In this document: positions 20,350 through 30,860 of the stretch, one piece after another
How positions within the stretch are numbered: position 1 is the stretch's first letter
How the letters are laid out: each line of letters starts with the position of its first letter
Source: Hyphomicrobiales bacterium
Lineage (GTDB): Bacteria; Pseudomonadota; Alphaproteobacteria; Rhizobiales; Aestuariivirgaceae
Reading direction: 5' to 3'
Assembly: GCA_046349235.1 (NCBI GenBank)
Contig: JAXMCT010000008.1
Coordinates: forward strand, 486,435 to 550,434
Length of the DNA: 64,000 nucleotides
Program-made: the position numbers and the translations under genes
The notes under the pieces: model-generated
Told to the model about the DNA's origin: nothing
The model's input: the letters and a program-made list of their open reading frames with translations, nothing else
Database searches by the model: none

Positions 20350-20840
20350 GTGCTGGCCTTTGCGTCGAGGCCGGCGGCCTTGCGGCCCATCAGGCGGGAG
20401 AAGCGGATCATGTGAAGCGCGGCCTCGGCGGCACCGCCGCCCTTGTCCATGTCATCGACCTTGGCGCGGGCCCAGGCCTGCGCCTCGTTCTCGCAGGTGA
20501 GGATGCCGTTGCCGATGCACAGGCCCTCGAGTGTCAAGTCCATGATGCCGCGCGCACTCTCGTCCGAGACGATGTCGTAATGCGTGGTCTCGCCGCGCAG
20601 CACGCAGCCCAGCGCCACATATCCGTGGTAGAGGCCGGTCTCGTGCGCCATGGCGATGGCGCCGGGGATTTCGAGGGCGCCCGGAACGGCCATGCGCTCC
20701 CAGGTGGCGCCGGCCCGCTCTGTGGCGGCGATGGCGCCGCGGCACATCTCGTCGCAGAGATCGCCGTAGAAGCGGGCCTCGAGGATCAGGATATGGGCGC
20801 GCACCTGCTCGACGGGTGCCAGGGATTTTTCGGTCTTCAT
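20346..20840 (-). CDS. ribH: 6,7-dimethyl-8-ribityllumazine synthase
   Basis: 'VPGALEIP', 'ALGCVLRGETTHYD', 'GNGILT'. Confidence 0.95.
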   Translation of the reverse strand: MKTEKSLAPVEQVRAHILILEARFYGDLCDEMCRGAIAATERAGATWERMAVPGALEIPGAIAMAHETGLYHGYVALGCVLRGETTHYDIVSDESARGIMDLTLEGLCIGNGILTCENEAQAWARAKVDDMDKGGGAAEAALHMIRFSRLMGRKAAGLDAKAST

Positions 20841-21430
20841 GTCGGTGTGTACTCGGTGAGGCGGGCGACATAGCGCGCCAGCATGTCGATTTCAATGTTG
20901 ACCCGCTGGCCCACCTTCATGCTGCCCCAGGTGGTGACCTGCTGGGTGTGCGGGATGATGTTGACGCCGAAGACATTGCCCTCGACCTCGTTGACGGTGA
21001 GCGAGGTGCCGTCGATGGCGACCGAACCCTTGGGCGCGATGAAGCGGGCCAGTTCGTTCGGCACGCGGAAGCGGAAGCGCCTGGAGTCGCCTTCCGGGGT
21101 GATCGAGACGATCTCGCCCAGGCCGTCGACATGGCCGGAGACGATGTGGCCGCCGAGCTCGTCGCCGATCTTGAGGGCGCGCTCGAGGTTGATGCGGGTG
21201 CCCTGGCCCCAGTCGGCCAGCGTGGTCTTGGACAGGGTCTCGGCCGAGGCCTGGATGGCGAACCAGTCCGGCCCCTTCTCGATGACCGTCAGGCAGCAGC
21301 CGTTGCAGGCGATGGAGGCCCCCATGTCGACGGTTCCGAGGTCATAGCCGGTGGTGATCTCGAAGCGGGTGTCGCCCGCCTGCGAGACGGCGCGCACGGT
21401 GCCGATGTCGGTGATGATGCCGGTGAACAT
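20837..21430 (-). CDS. ribE: Riboflavin synthase (alpha chain)
   Basis: 'MFTGIITDIG', 'GASIACNGCCLTV', 'GGHIVSGHVD', 'KGSVAIDGTSLTVN'. Confidence 0.95.
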   Translation of the reverse strand: MFTGIITDIGTVRAVSQAGDTRFEITTGYDLGTVDMGASIACNGCCLTVIEKGPDWFAIQASAETLSKTTLADWGQGTRINLERALKIGDELGGHIVSGHVDGLGEIVSITPEGDSRRFRFRVPNELARFIAPKGSVAIDGTSLTVNEVEGNVFGVNIIPHTQQVTTWGSMKVGQRVNIEIDMLARYVARLTEYTPT

Positions 21431-21439
21431 GAAGCCCTC

Positions 21440-22438
21440 TTATGGGCGGGCTTCATAGACGGTCAGGAGGTCGCCCCCAAGCTTTTCCTGCTCCACTTCG
21501 CGGAATGGCTGCAATGCCCGGTCGAGGGCCAGTCCGGCGAGGCCGTCGACCCCTTCCGGACCCAGCGTCACGGCCGAGCGGATCAGGTGGAACGCGTCGA
21601 CCAGCCCGGCCTCGAGGAAGCTTCGGGCCACCCGAGCGCCGCCCTCGACCACGAGGCGATTGATGCCGCGCAGGCCGAGGTCGGCCGCGACCTGGGCGGG
21701 GCTGCCGCGCAGCACCTCCGCCCCCAGCCGGGCGAGGTGCGACTCGGGCGGCAACTGGCCATGGCGGCTCATGACGAAGGGCCTGGGCGAGCGGGCTTTC
21801 AGGCCGGGGAGCCGGCAGGTGAGTTCCGGGTCGTCGGCCCGCACCGTGCCCATGCCGACGAGGATGGCGTCGCACTGGGCCCGCAGCAGGTGGACACGGG
21901 CCTTGGCCTCCGGCCCTGAGATGGCGGTTCGCCTACCGGGCCCGGCGGCGATCTTGCCATCGGCGGAAAAGGCCATCTTCAGAATCACTTGGGGCCGCTT
22001 CTTCTCAATCCGAGTCAGGAAGCCGGCCATGTCGCGGCGGGCCTCGGCCGCGCCAAGCCCCGTCTCGCAGGCGACGCCGGCCTTCCGCAGGATGGCGAGC
22101 CCGCCGCCCGAGACGCGGGGGTCCGGATCCTCGATGGCGGTGACGACGCGGGCGATGCCGGCGGCGGCCAGCGCCTCGGCGCAGGGGCCGGTGCGGCCAT
22201 GGTGGGCGCAGGGTTCGAGCGTGACATAGGCGGTGGCGCCGCGGGCCCTGTCGCCCGCCAGTTTCAGCGCCTCGGTCTCGGCATGGGGCCGGCCCCCGGG
22301 CTGGGTCCAGCCTGCCCCGACGAGGCGGCCGTCGTGCACGATCACGCAGCCGACATTGGGGTTCTCCGCCGTGGTGCCCAGCGCCCGGCGGCCGAGCCGC
22401 AGCGCCACGTCCATCCACCGGGCGTCGTCAGTTGTCAC
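21440..22438 (-). CDS. ribD: Bifunctional riboflavin deaminase/reductase RibD
   Basis: 'NPNVGCVIV', 'HAE', '[14 protein letters not shown]', 'DDPELTCR', 'VEGG'; GTG start overlapping nrdR end is inferred. Confidence 0.93.
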   Translation of the reverse strand: MTTDDARWMDVALRLGRRALGTTAENPNVGCVIVHDGRLVGAGWTQPGGRPHAETEALKLAGDRARGATAYVTLEPCAHHGRTGPCAEALAAAGIARVVTAIEDPDPRVSGGGLAILRKAGVACETGLGAAEARRDMAGFLTRIEKKRPQVILKMAFSADGKIAAGPGRRTAISGPEAKARVHLLRAQCDAILVGMGTVRADDPELTCRLPGLKARSPRPFVMSRHGQLPPESHLARLGAEVLRGSPAQVAADLGLRGINRLVVEGGARVARSFLEAGLVDAFHLIRSAVTLGPEGVDGLAGLALDRALQPFREVEQEKLGGDLLTVYEARP

Positions 22439-22907
22439 CGGACTCGCCGTTGTCCTCTTCACCCGAGAGCTCTCCCAGAAGCTCCTCGAAATCCTTGGCT
22501 TCGCGGAAATTCTTATAGACCGAGGCGAAGCGCACATAGGCAACGTCGTCGAGCATCTTGAGGGCTTCCATGACGAGCTTGCCCACCGTCTCGGACTTGA
22601 TCTCGCTCTCGCCCAGGCTTTCCAGCCGGCGGACGATGCCGGAGACCATGCGCTCGACGCGCTCGGGGTCCACCGGGCGCTTCCGGAGCGCCACCTGGAT
22701 CGAGCGCATCAGCTTGTCGCGGTCGAAGGGCACGCGGCGGCCGGATTTCTTCAGCACCATCAGCTCGCGCAGCTGCACCCGCTCGAAGGTGGTGAAGCGG
22801 CCCGAACAGTCCGGGCAATAGCGGCGGCGGCGGATGGCCGTGCCGTCCTCGGTGGGACGGCTGTCCTTCACCTGGGTTTCTTCATTGGAACAGAAGGGGC
22901 AGCGCAA
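22428..22907 (-). CDS. nrdR: Transcriptional repressor NrdR
   Basis: 'RCPFC...VKDSRP...IRRRR.C..C..RFTTFER', '[10 protein letters not shown]'; TTG start inferred. Confidence 0.96.
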   Translation of the reverse strand: MRCPFCSNEETQVKDSRPTEDGTAIRRRRYCPDCSGRFTTFERVQLRELMVLKKSGRRVPFDRDKLMRSIQVALRKRPVDPERVERMVSGIVRRLESLGESEIKSETVGKLVMEALKMLDDVAYVRFASVYKNFREAKDFEELLGELSGEEDNGESGDN

Positions 22908-23003
22908 GGGATGGTGACTCGGGAGTTGGAGTTGCACCATGTGTGGGGGAGAGGACGGGGTGGGTCAAGGGGCCTGTGTTCCTCCCTACCCTTCCCTCAA
23001 TTC

Positions 23004-23092
23004 CGTCACCCCGGCGAAAGCCGGGGCCCCGCTTCGGGCGGTTGCCACGCGGACGGAAGGGAAGCGGGGTCCCGGCTTTCGCCGGGATGACG
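23004..23092. repeat. REP/REPIN-like inverted doublet
   Basis: CGTCACCCCGGCGAAAGCCGGGGCCCCGCTTC ... GAAGCGGGGTCCCGGCTTTCGCCGGGATGACG; same family as 18559-18641. Confidence 0.85.
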
Positions 23093-23116
23093 ATCGTTAG
23101 AGAGTGGGACAACCAG

Positions 23117-23150
23117 AAAAAAATATGGCCGGGACAAGCCCGGCCATGAT
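23117..23150 (-). terminator. Terminator of glyA (REP-like stem)
   Basis: Minus strand ATCATGGCCGGG-cttgt-CCCGGCCAT-ATTTTTTT. Confidence 0.8.
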
Positions 23151-23171
23151 GAGCGTAGAGGAAGGAAACGA

Positions 23172-24563
23172 TCAGTAGATCGGGAACTTGCCTGTCAGCT
23201 TCTTGACCTTCGCGGCCACGGCCTTCTCGACCTTGCCGTTCTTCTCCTCGCCATTCTTCGCGAGGCCGTCGAGCACCTCGTTGATCAGGGCGCCGACTTC
23301 CTTGAACTCGGCCGCGCCGAAGCCGCGGGTGGTGCCGGCCGGCGTGCCGAGGCGGATGCCGGAGGTGATGGTGAAGGGTGCGGGATCGAACGGAATGCCG
23401 TTCTTGTTGCAGGTGATGTAGGCGCGGCCCAGGGCCTGCTCGGCGGCCTTTCCGGTGACGCCCTTGCGGCGCAGGTCGACCAGCATGAGATGCGTGTCGG
23501 TGCCGCCCGAGACGAGGTCCGAGCCGCCGTCGATCATCGCCTTGGCGAGGACCTTGGCGTTGTCCGCGACCGACTTTGCATACTTCTTGAAGGCCGGCTT
23601 CAGCGCCTCGCCGAAGGCCACGGCCTTGGCGGCGATGACGTGCTCGAGCGGGCCGCCCTGCAGGCCGGGGAAGACGGCCGAGTTGATCTTCTTGCCGAGG
23701 TCCTCGTCGTTGGAGAGGATCATGCCGCCGCGGGGGCCTCGCAGCGTCTTGTGCGTGGTGGTGGTGACGACGTGGGCATATTCCAGCGGGTTCGGGTGCA
23801 CGCCGCCCGCCACGAGGCCGGCGAAGTGGGCCATGTCGACCATCAGCTTGGCGCCCACCGCATCGGCGATCTGGCGGAAGCGCTTGAAGTCGATGACGCG
23901 CGGATAGGCCGAGCCGCCGGCGATGATGAGCTTGGGCTTCACCGCATGGGCCTGCGCCTCGAGCTTGTCATAGTCGATCAAGTGGTTGTCCTCGCGCACC
24001 TTGTAGGGCGCGACGGTGAACCACTTGCCCGACTGGTTGACGGGCGAGCCGTGGGTCAGGTGGCCGCCGCAGGCGAGGTCGAGGCCCATGTAGGTGTCGC
24101 CAGGCTGGAGGAGTGCGAAGAACACCGCCTGGTTGGCCTGGGCGCCGGAGTGCGGCTGGACATTGGCGAAGGCGCAGTTGAACAGCTGCTTGGCGCGGTC
24201 GATGGCGAGGTTCTCGGAGACGTCGACATACTGGCAGCCGCCATAGTAGCGGCGGCCCGGATAGCCTTCCGCATACTTGTTGGTCATGACCGAGCCCTGG
24301 GCTTCCATCACGGCCTTCGAGACGATGTTCTCCGATGCGATCAGCTCGATCTCGTGCTGCTGGCGGCCGAGCTCCTGGGCGATGGCCTTGGCGATCTTCG
24401 GATCGGACTTGGCGAGGGCCTCCTTGAAGAAGCCGGGGAACAGCGGCTTGCGCGCCGGTGCGGCCTTCTTCTTCGCGGCCGCCTTCCGGGCGGGCTTCGC
24501 CTTGGCCTTCACGGGCTTCTTAGCGGGCTTCTTCACGGACTTCTTCGCGGCCTTCTTCGCCAT
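23172..24563 (-). CDS. glyA: Serine hydroxymethyltransferase with Lys/Ala-rich N-terminal extension
   Basis: 'IELIASEN', '[16 protein letters not shown]', '[14 protein letters not shown]', 'SGIRLGTPA'; GGAGGAG RBS before ATG 24563. Confidence 0.97.
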   Translation of the reverse strand: MAKKAAKKSVKKPAKKPVKAKAKPARKAAAKKKAAPARKPLFPGFFKEALAKSDPKIAKAIAQELGRQQHEIELIASENIVSKAVMEAQGSVMTNKYAEGYPGRRYYGGCQYVDVSENLAIDRAKQLFNCAFANVQPHSGAQANQAVFFALLQPGDTYMGLDLACGGHLTHGSPVNQSGKWFTVAPYKVREDNHLIDYDKLEAQAHAVKPKLIIAGGSAYPRVIDFKRFRQIADAVGAKLMVDMAHFAGLVAGGVHPNPLEYAHVVTTTTHKTLRGPRGGMILSNDEDLGKKINSAVFPGLQGGPLEHVIAAKAVAFGEALKPAFKKYAKSVADNAKVLAKAMIDGGSDLVSGGTDTHLMLVDLRRKGVTGKAAEQALGRAYITCNKNGIPFDPAPFTITSGIRLGTPAGTTRGFGAAEFKEVGALINEVLDGLAKNGEEKNGKVEKAVAAKVKKLTGKFPIY

Positions 24564-24702
24564 GTGTCTCTCCTCCAGCGCAGTCGCTTTACGTCGTTGC
24601 GCAATTGGCAGATTGCGCGAGTGAGGTCCAGATACATCTTTGGCTAGCGGGCAGCACGCATCCCAAGCGGCAGGATGGATGGCATTTGCGTCGTGTACAC
24701 GG

Positions 24703-24729
24703 AAACGGGCGGGAGACGATCCCGCCCGT
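24703..24729 (-). terminator. Stem-loop / weak terminator after the L,D-transpeptidase gene
   Basis: ACGGGCGGGA-gacga-TCCCGCCCGT with only a short U tail on minus strand. Confidence 0.55.
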
Positions 24730-24753
24730 CATGGCCGGCGAAGTGCCGTTGTC

Positions 24754-26823
24754 TCAGTTGGCGGCGTTGGCCGTCTTGCCGGCATCGGCCGGCTTGGTGG
24801 GCGTCGCGGCCGCGGCCTTGGCGGCCGGGGCAGCCGCGGCGGCGGGCTTGGGCGCCGGGCAGCCGGCGGGCAGCTTGCCATCGGCACCGGGCTTGCAGCT
24901 GGCAGCGGCCTTGGTCGCGGTGGCGGCGGGCTTGGCCGCAGCGGTGGTCTTGGCCGTCGGCTTGGCAGCCGCAGTGGTGGTTGCAGGCTTGGCGGCGGCG
25001 GTGGTTGCCGGCTTCTTGGCGGTCGATGCAGCAGCCGTGGTGGCCGGCTTCGTCTTGCCGTTGGCGGCTGTCTTGGAGACCGGCGTCTTGCCGTTCGTCG
25101 ACTTGGCGACCGTCGCGGGCTTGGAGCCCTTCTTCTGCGCGACCTTCTTCTTTCCGCCCTTGGTGGTGGTCGTCGTGGTGGTGGTCGACGAGCCGTCCGA
25201 GGCGAGGCTGTCCTTGCTGGAGCCGAAGAGATACTTCTTGGTGACGGCCGGTCCGTTGGACTTCGCGGTCTTGCTGGCCGCCGCCTTGGTGCCGGTGGCG
25301 GGCTTGGCGCCGAGATTGATCAGCGCATCGCCGCCCTGCTTGTTCTGGCCGGGGCGCACCACGTCGTTCTCGGCCGACTTGCCGCGGAACAGGGCGTTGA
25401 GGAAGCCGCCGCCGTCGTTGGTGTCGATGTCCTCTTGCAGGTAGGGAATCGGCTTCAGCACGAAGCGCTGGCCATCCTGCTTCTCGCCCACCGGCAGCGG
25501 CTGGCCGACGACGAAGCCCGAACCGTCCATCTGGTAGACGTCATCGCGGAAGGCGGCGACGCCATCCTTGGCGGGCCAGGCGGTGAGATAGGCGACGCGC
25601 AGCTGCGGGGCGTTGGCGATGTTGACGTCGAGGCGCTCCTTGGTCTCGGCGAGGCTGGCGATCTTCGCCTCGTTGAGGCCGTCCTGGCCCTGCAGGATCC
25701 AGTTCAGCAGGATCGCCACCTTCTCGACGCGCACGCAGCCCGAGGAATAGAAGCGGTTGGCGGTCTTGAACAGCTGCGGCTCCGGCGTGTCGTGGAGATA
25801 GATGCCGAAGGGGCTGTTGAACTCCACCTTGGCGGTGGCCATGGCGTTATCGCCGCCCGGCTCCTGGCGGAAGTGGTAGTCGGTGATCTTGGCGGTCTTC
25901 CAGTTGATCTTGTCGGGGTCGACCTCGGGGCCGCCGACACCCTGGAACACCTTGATGTTCATGTCGGCCAGCACCTTGGAGGCGCCGCGCGACTGCATGC
26001 GCGGGATGATGTCGCGCTCGATGATCGAGGGCGGCGCGTTCCAGTAGGGATTGAAGCGCACGATGGTGAGCGGCGTCATGACGACCGGCGTGGGGCGCGA
26101 CTCGCGGCCGACGATGGCATTGTGCAGCGAGTAGACCTTGCCGTCGGACACCGTCTCGATCTGCTGGGCGGGAACGTTGACGACGACGTAGCGGGGCCCC
26201 AGGTCCTTCGAGTATTCGGCGAGGCGCGGAATGTTGGCCCTGATGGTCGCAAGGCGCTGCTGGGCAGAGGTGTTGAGCGCCTGCAGCGTCACGCCGTCGA
26301 TGACGCCGCTGGGCGTCAGGCCGTGGTTGACCTGGAAGCGCTTCAGCGCATCCTCGGTGGCGGAGGTGAAGACCTGCTGGAACTCGCCCTGCGTGGCCTC
26401 GACCTGGAGATAGCCCTCGACGTAGAGGCGCTGGTTGAGAATGGCGACCTGCTTGCTCTTCGAGCCCTTCTTGATGCGGCCGTTGGGCACGGTGGGCCAG
26501 CCGCCATCGGCGACGATCTTGGCGTACTTGTCGGCCATGGCCTGGATCTGGGCGGCGCTGTCGGGCGTGATGAAGGGCGCGACGCTGCCATCATTGATGA
26601 TGCGGGTCTCGGTGGTGGCGGCAATGCCGGAGCCCTGGGTGTGGGCCGTCGTGGTGGTGGAGGTTGTTCCCTTCTTCTTGCGGTTCAGTTGCGAGAAGAG
26701 GGAGTTGTCCTCTTCGGCGCGAACCATGGTGGGAAGGGCAACAGTCGCCGTCAGGGAGAGCAGTACCGCCATGGAAACGCACTGCAGAGCGCGCCTGGAG
26801 CGCGCAAAAGCCCACAACTTCAT
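24754..26823 (-). CDS. Murein L,D-transpeptidase (YcbB/LdtP-like) with PG-binding domain and long Ala/Lys/Thr/Pro-rich C-tail
   Basis: 'ALKRFQVNHGLTPSG' PG-binding, 'VVVNVPA', 'FNPYWNAPPSI', catalytic 'IYLHDTP...SSGCVRV'; start uncertain. Confidence 0.9.
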   Translation of the reverse strand: MKLWAFARSRRALQCVSMAVLLSLTATVALPTMVRAEEDNSLFSQLNRKKKGTTSTTTTAHTQGSGIAATTETRIINDGSVAPFITPDSAAQIQAMADKYAKIVADGGWPTVPNGRIKKGSKSKQVAILNQRLYVEGYLQVEATQGEFQQVFTSATEDALKRFQVNHGLTPSGVIDGVTLQALNTSAQQRLATIRANIPRLAEYSKDLGPRYVVVNVPAQQIETVSDGKVYSLHNAIVGRESRPTPVVMTPLTIVRFNPYWNAPPSIIERDIIPRMQSRGASKVLADMNIKVFQGVGGPEVDPDKINWKTAKITDYHFRQEPGGDNAMATAKVEFNSPFGIYLHDTPEPQLFKTANRFYSSGCVRVEKVAILLNWILQGQDGLNEAKIASLAETKERLDVNIANAPQLRVAYLTAWPAKDGVAAFRDDVYQMDGSGFVVGQPLPVGEKQDGQRFVLKPIPYLQEDIDTNDGGGFLNALFRGKSAENDVVRPGQNKQGGDALINLGAKPATGTKAAASKTAKSNGPAVTKKYLFGSSKDSLASDGSSTTTTTTTTKGGKKKVAQKKGSKPATVAKSTNGKTPVSKTAANGKTKPATTAAASTAKKPATTAAAKPATTTAAAKPTAKTTAAAKPAATATKAAASCKPGADGKLPAGCPAPKPAAAAAPAAKAAAATPTKPADAGKTANAAN

Positions 26824-27065
26824 CACAACCTCATTCTCCGGAACCCGCGTCGGCGTCTCCACTCCTCGACGACCGCCGCGGCCTCATACCAGTTGCGGCC
26901 CGACTCGTCAAAAGCAGGCCATATTGCAGCCACGACAAGCCCCGGAATTGCGGCAACAATGAGATTTGCCGCAGCGGCGGGGCACCCTGCTCCGGAGTTC
27001 GGGGCCGTGCTGATGCTTTTGGGCAACAGCACGGCCCCTCCGGCCGCTTGCAGGGTCGGTAATCG

Positions 27066-27578
27066 TCACAGGCGATAGAGGATCTGGTCTGTCCAGTATC
27101 GCTCCAGTCGGGCGAGCGCCTTGTTGATGCGCTCGAGTTCCTCGGCACTCAGGCCCGCCACCAGCTCGACGGCGCGCAGCTGGCGGTCATACAGGGCATC
27201 GACCCGGTTGCGGATGGCTTGGCCCTTGGGCGTCAGTCGGACCCGGACCGAGCGGCGGTCGTTGGCGGATCGCTCGTGGTGAACATAGCCCGCCTCGACC
27301 AGCTTCTTCAGGTTATAGGACACGTTGGAGCCCTGGTAGTGGCCGCGGCTCTTGAGTTCCCCGGCGGTCAGTTCGGCGTCGGCCATGTTGTAGATGAGCA
27401 GCGCCTGGACCGGATTGATGCCCGGCTCGCCGTGGCGCTCGAAATCGTCCTTGATGACCTCCAGCAGACGGCGGTGCAGCCGCTCGATCAGGTTGAGCGA
27501 ATCCAGATACCTGAGCTTCACGGGGGCCGCCCCGGTTTCCGGGGCAGCGGATGAAACTGGCTTGTGCGCGGCTGGCAT
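27066..27578 (-). CDS. ldtR: MarR-family regulator LdtR
   Basis: 'ERLHRRLLEVIKDDFER', 'ELTAGELKSRGHYQGSNVSYNLKKL', 'LERYWTDQILYRL'; upstream of an L,D-transpeptidase as in Sinorhizobium/Liberibacter. Confidence 0.88.
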   Translation of the reverse strand: MPAAHKPVSSAAPETGAAPVKLRYLDSLNLIERLHRRLLEVIKDDFERHGEPGINPVQALLIYNMADAELTAGELKSRGHYQGSNVSYNLKKLVEAGYVHHERSANDRRSVRVRLTPKGQAIRNRVDALYDRQLRAVELVAGLSAEELERINKALARLERYWTDQILYRL

Positions 27579-27874
27579 GACGTCTCTTTCACCCTTGTTC
27601 CGGGGGCCGGGCTGCTGCCTTCGCCGGTCCCTGTTCGTTGGGGGTGAGGCTAGGTTCCAGCCCTTAAGGGGCACTCAATTCTTTGAGTAAACATCTCCTT
27701 ATGTTTTCAGAGATTTGGGCGAAGTTACGATAGGCTTTACAAGGTCTTCCCGAAGAGCCTTAAGCAGTGGTTGCCAAGTGCGGTGAACGCAATCGCAACA
27801 GGCTGTCTGCGGCCGGGAACGGCGGCCGGGCGCGGGCACGTCCGGCGGGCTTGCAGCCGTGCCCGGGAGACGTG

Positions 27875-28741
27875 ATGATGCAACTTGTGAAAGCGTCCCT
27901 GCTCCTCGCTGCGGCCTGCCTGGCTGCCGCCAGTTCCGGCCACGCGGCCGAACCGCCCAAGCCCCGCTTGCGCCCGGCTCCCGGCGCGACGCCCGTGCTG
28001 GCGGCACCGGTGCCGAGGCTGCGGCCCGCCGTGGTGTCACCGGCTGTGACCATTCCCGTGCCGCAGCAGCGCCCGGACACGAAATCACCAGTGCCTCCGC
28101 CAGAACCGGAACAAAAACCGGAGCCATCGCCGGAGGGAAACGGCAGCTGGCCTGCCGATGCGGTGGCCGACGGCCGCGCCGCGTGCAAGACCCTCCTGGC
28201 GGGCCTTCCCGTCACCTACAAGATCCTCGAACCGATCGGCGAAGCCGGCGGCTGTGGCGCCCCCGCCCCGATCGAGATCACAGCCATCGACGGCGTCACC
28301 CTGACGCCACCCGCCACCGAGACATGCGCCATGGCGGCGGCCCTGGCGGCCTGGATCAAGGATGATGTGCAGCCTGCCGCGCGCAAGCGCCTCGGCACCG
28401 AGGTGACGGAAATCCGCACCGCCACATCCTATGCCTGCCGGCGCCGCAACAATGGCTCTTCCGGCAAGATGTCGGAACACAGCAAGGCCAATGCGCTGGA
28501 CATGTCCGGCTTCACCTTCGCCAAGTCCTCGGGCGTGACGGTGGGCGGCAAGGGCAACTGGGGTGAAGGCCTGCTGGGCGCCATCGGGCTGTCCAAGGGC
28601 GGGTCGTTCCTGGAGGATATCCGCCAGGCCGCCTGCACGCATTTCACCACCGTTCTCGGGCCGGGGTCCGACCCCTATCACGGCGATCACTTCCATGTGG
28701 ATGTGTTGCAGCGCAAGGGCGGCTACCGCATCTGCCAGTAG
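27875..28741 (+). CDS. Extensin-like C-terminal domain protein (exported)
   Basis: Signal peptide, Pro-rich linker, 'SYACRRRN', 'MSEHSKANALD', 'ACTHFTTVLGPGSD.YH.DHFHVD'. Confidence 0.88.
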   Translation: MMQLVKASLLLAAACLAAASSGHAAEPPKPRLRPAPGATPVLAAPVPRLRPAVVSPAVTIPVPQQRPDTKSPVPPPEPEQKPEPSPEGNGSWPADAVADGRAACKTLLAGLPVTYKILEPIGEAGGCGAPAPIEITAIDGVTLTPPATETCAMAAALAAWIKDDVQPAARKRLGTEVTEIRTATSYACRRRNNGSSGKMSEHSKANALDMSGFTFAKSSGVTVGGKGNWGEGLLGAIGLSKGGSFLEDIRQAACTHFTTVLGPGSDPYHGDHFHVDVLQRKGGYRICQ

Positions 28742-28801
28742 GACACCCGTTGCAGGAACATGGGTGGCCGGTTGCGCGCCCCTGTTCCCTCTTGTTAATG
28801 A

Positions 28802-29818
<1,017 letters not shown>

Positions 29819-29835
29819 ACATCCGCCCACCAACG

Positions 29836-29864
29836 AAAATGCCCGGGCCGAGGCCCGGGCAATT
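29836..29864. terminator. Terminator between convergent hemB and porin genes
   Basis: AAAA-TGCCCGGGCC-ga-GGCCCGGGCA-att hairpin. Confidence 0.65.
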
Positions 29865-29907
29865 GCGCGTTCACGGCCGGCCCACCTCCGGGCGGGACGA
29901 GCAGTGA

Positions 29908-30636
29908 TCAGAAACGATAGTTCAGGCCAGCGCGAACGATGCTGCCGTTCACGTCGACGTTCGAGGTGATCCGGTTCCAGCCACCCGCGCCTTCGCTGAC
30001 GCTGAAGTCCTCGTCGCCGAGATCGTAGTAGAGATACTCGCCCTTGATCGTGACGTTGTCGGTCACCGCATATTCGAGGCCGCCACCGATGGTCCAGCCC
30101 CACATGCCGTTGCTGTCGCTCCTGGTGATGGTGCCCGACGGATACTGGTCGCGGATCTTGCCCTCGACGTCGCCGTAGGCCAGACCGCCGGTCGCGTAGA
30201 TCAGGGCGCGGTCGAAGGCATAGCCTGCCCGCACGCGGGCGGTGCCGAACCAGTTCATCTCCGCTTCGGACTTGAAGCCGGCCGAGTCGGAATACTTGTT
30301 GTTGTCGCCGTTGGCCCAGTCATAGGAGATATCGCCTTCGAGGCCGATCACAAGGGCGCCGGTCTGGTAGTTCCAGCCGAGCGTGCCGCCGAGCGAGCCA
30401 CCATCCATGTTGGTCGACCACGAGGTCACGCCGAGGTCGCGGCCCGGAATGTAGGGGTCGCCGGGAAGGTCCTGGAACTTGATGTTCGAGACATCGAAGT
30501 TGTTCCAGGTATAGCCGCCGATGACGCCGATGTAGACACCGTCCCAGCTGTAGGTGGGAGCCGGGGCAATGTCGGCCGCCATGGCGGGGACCGCGAAGAG
30601 GCCAATTGCAAGAGCGGAAGCAGCGAGCAGTTTCAT
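29908..30636 (-). CDS. Outer membrane beta-barrel protein, Omp25/Omp31/RopB family
   Basis: 'AMAAD' signal end, 'SWDGVYIG', 'GTARVRAGYAFDRALIYATGGLAY', 'GWTIGGGLEY', terminal 'GLNYRF'. Confidence 0.92.
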   Translation of the reverse strand: MKLLAASALAIGLFAVPAMAADIAPAPTYSWDGVYIGVIGGYTWNNFDVSNIKFQDLPGDPYIPGRDLGVTSWSTNMDGGSLGGTLGWNYQTGALVIGLEGDISYDWANGDNNKYSDSAGFKSEAEMNWFGTARVRAGYAFDRALIYATGGLAYGDVEGKIRDQYPSGTITRSDSNGMWGWTIGGGLEYAVTDNVTIKGEYLYYDLGDEDFSVSEGAGGWNRITSNVDVNGSIVRAGLNYRF

Positions 30637-30860
30637 GGAGACGTCTCCTCAAAATCTGGTGAGACGGTATTCCTCCGGACTCCCGACCTCAAGGAAGATT
30701 GCCGCAGCGCCGTGCCAAAGAGGCGTGGAAGATCAAGCCTGTTGCAGGAAAGTGACGGTGTGCGCTGCCGATCAAGACCTTGGGTTGCGCCGGTTCGAAA
30801 CGTTTGTGCCAGAGGCGAAGCTCGGCTAGGTCGAACCCGTGCTGCCACCGACGATGGACC

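Noticed and set aside
24564-24750. Possible ZTP (pfl) riboswitch upstream of glyA
   Set aside because: Core GACTGGCG...GCCTGGG elements not found by eye
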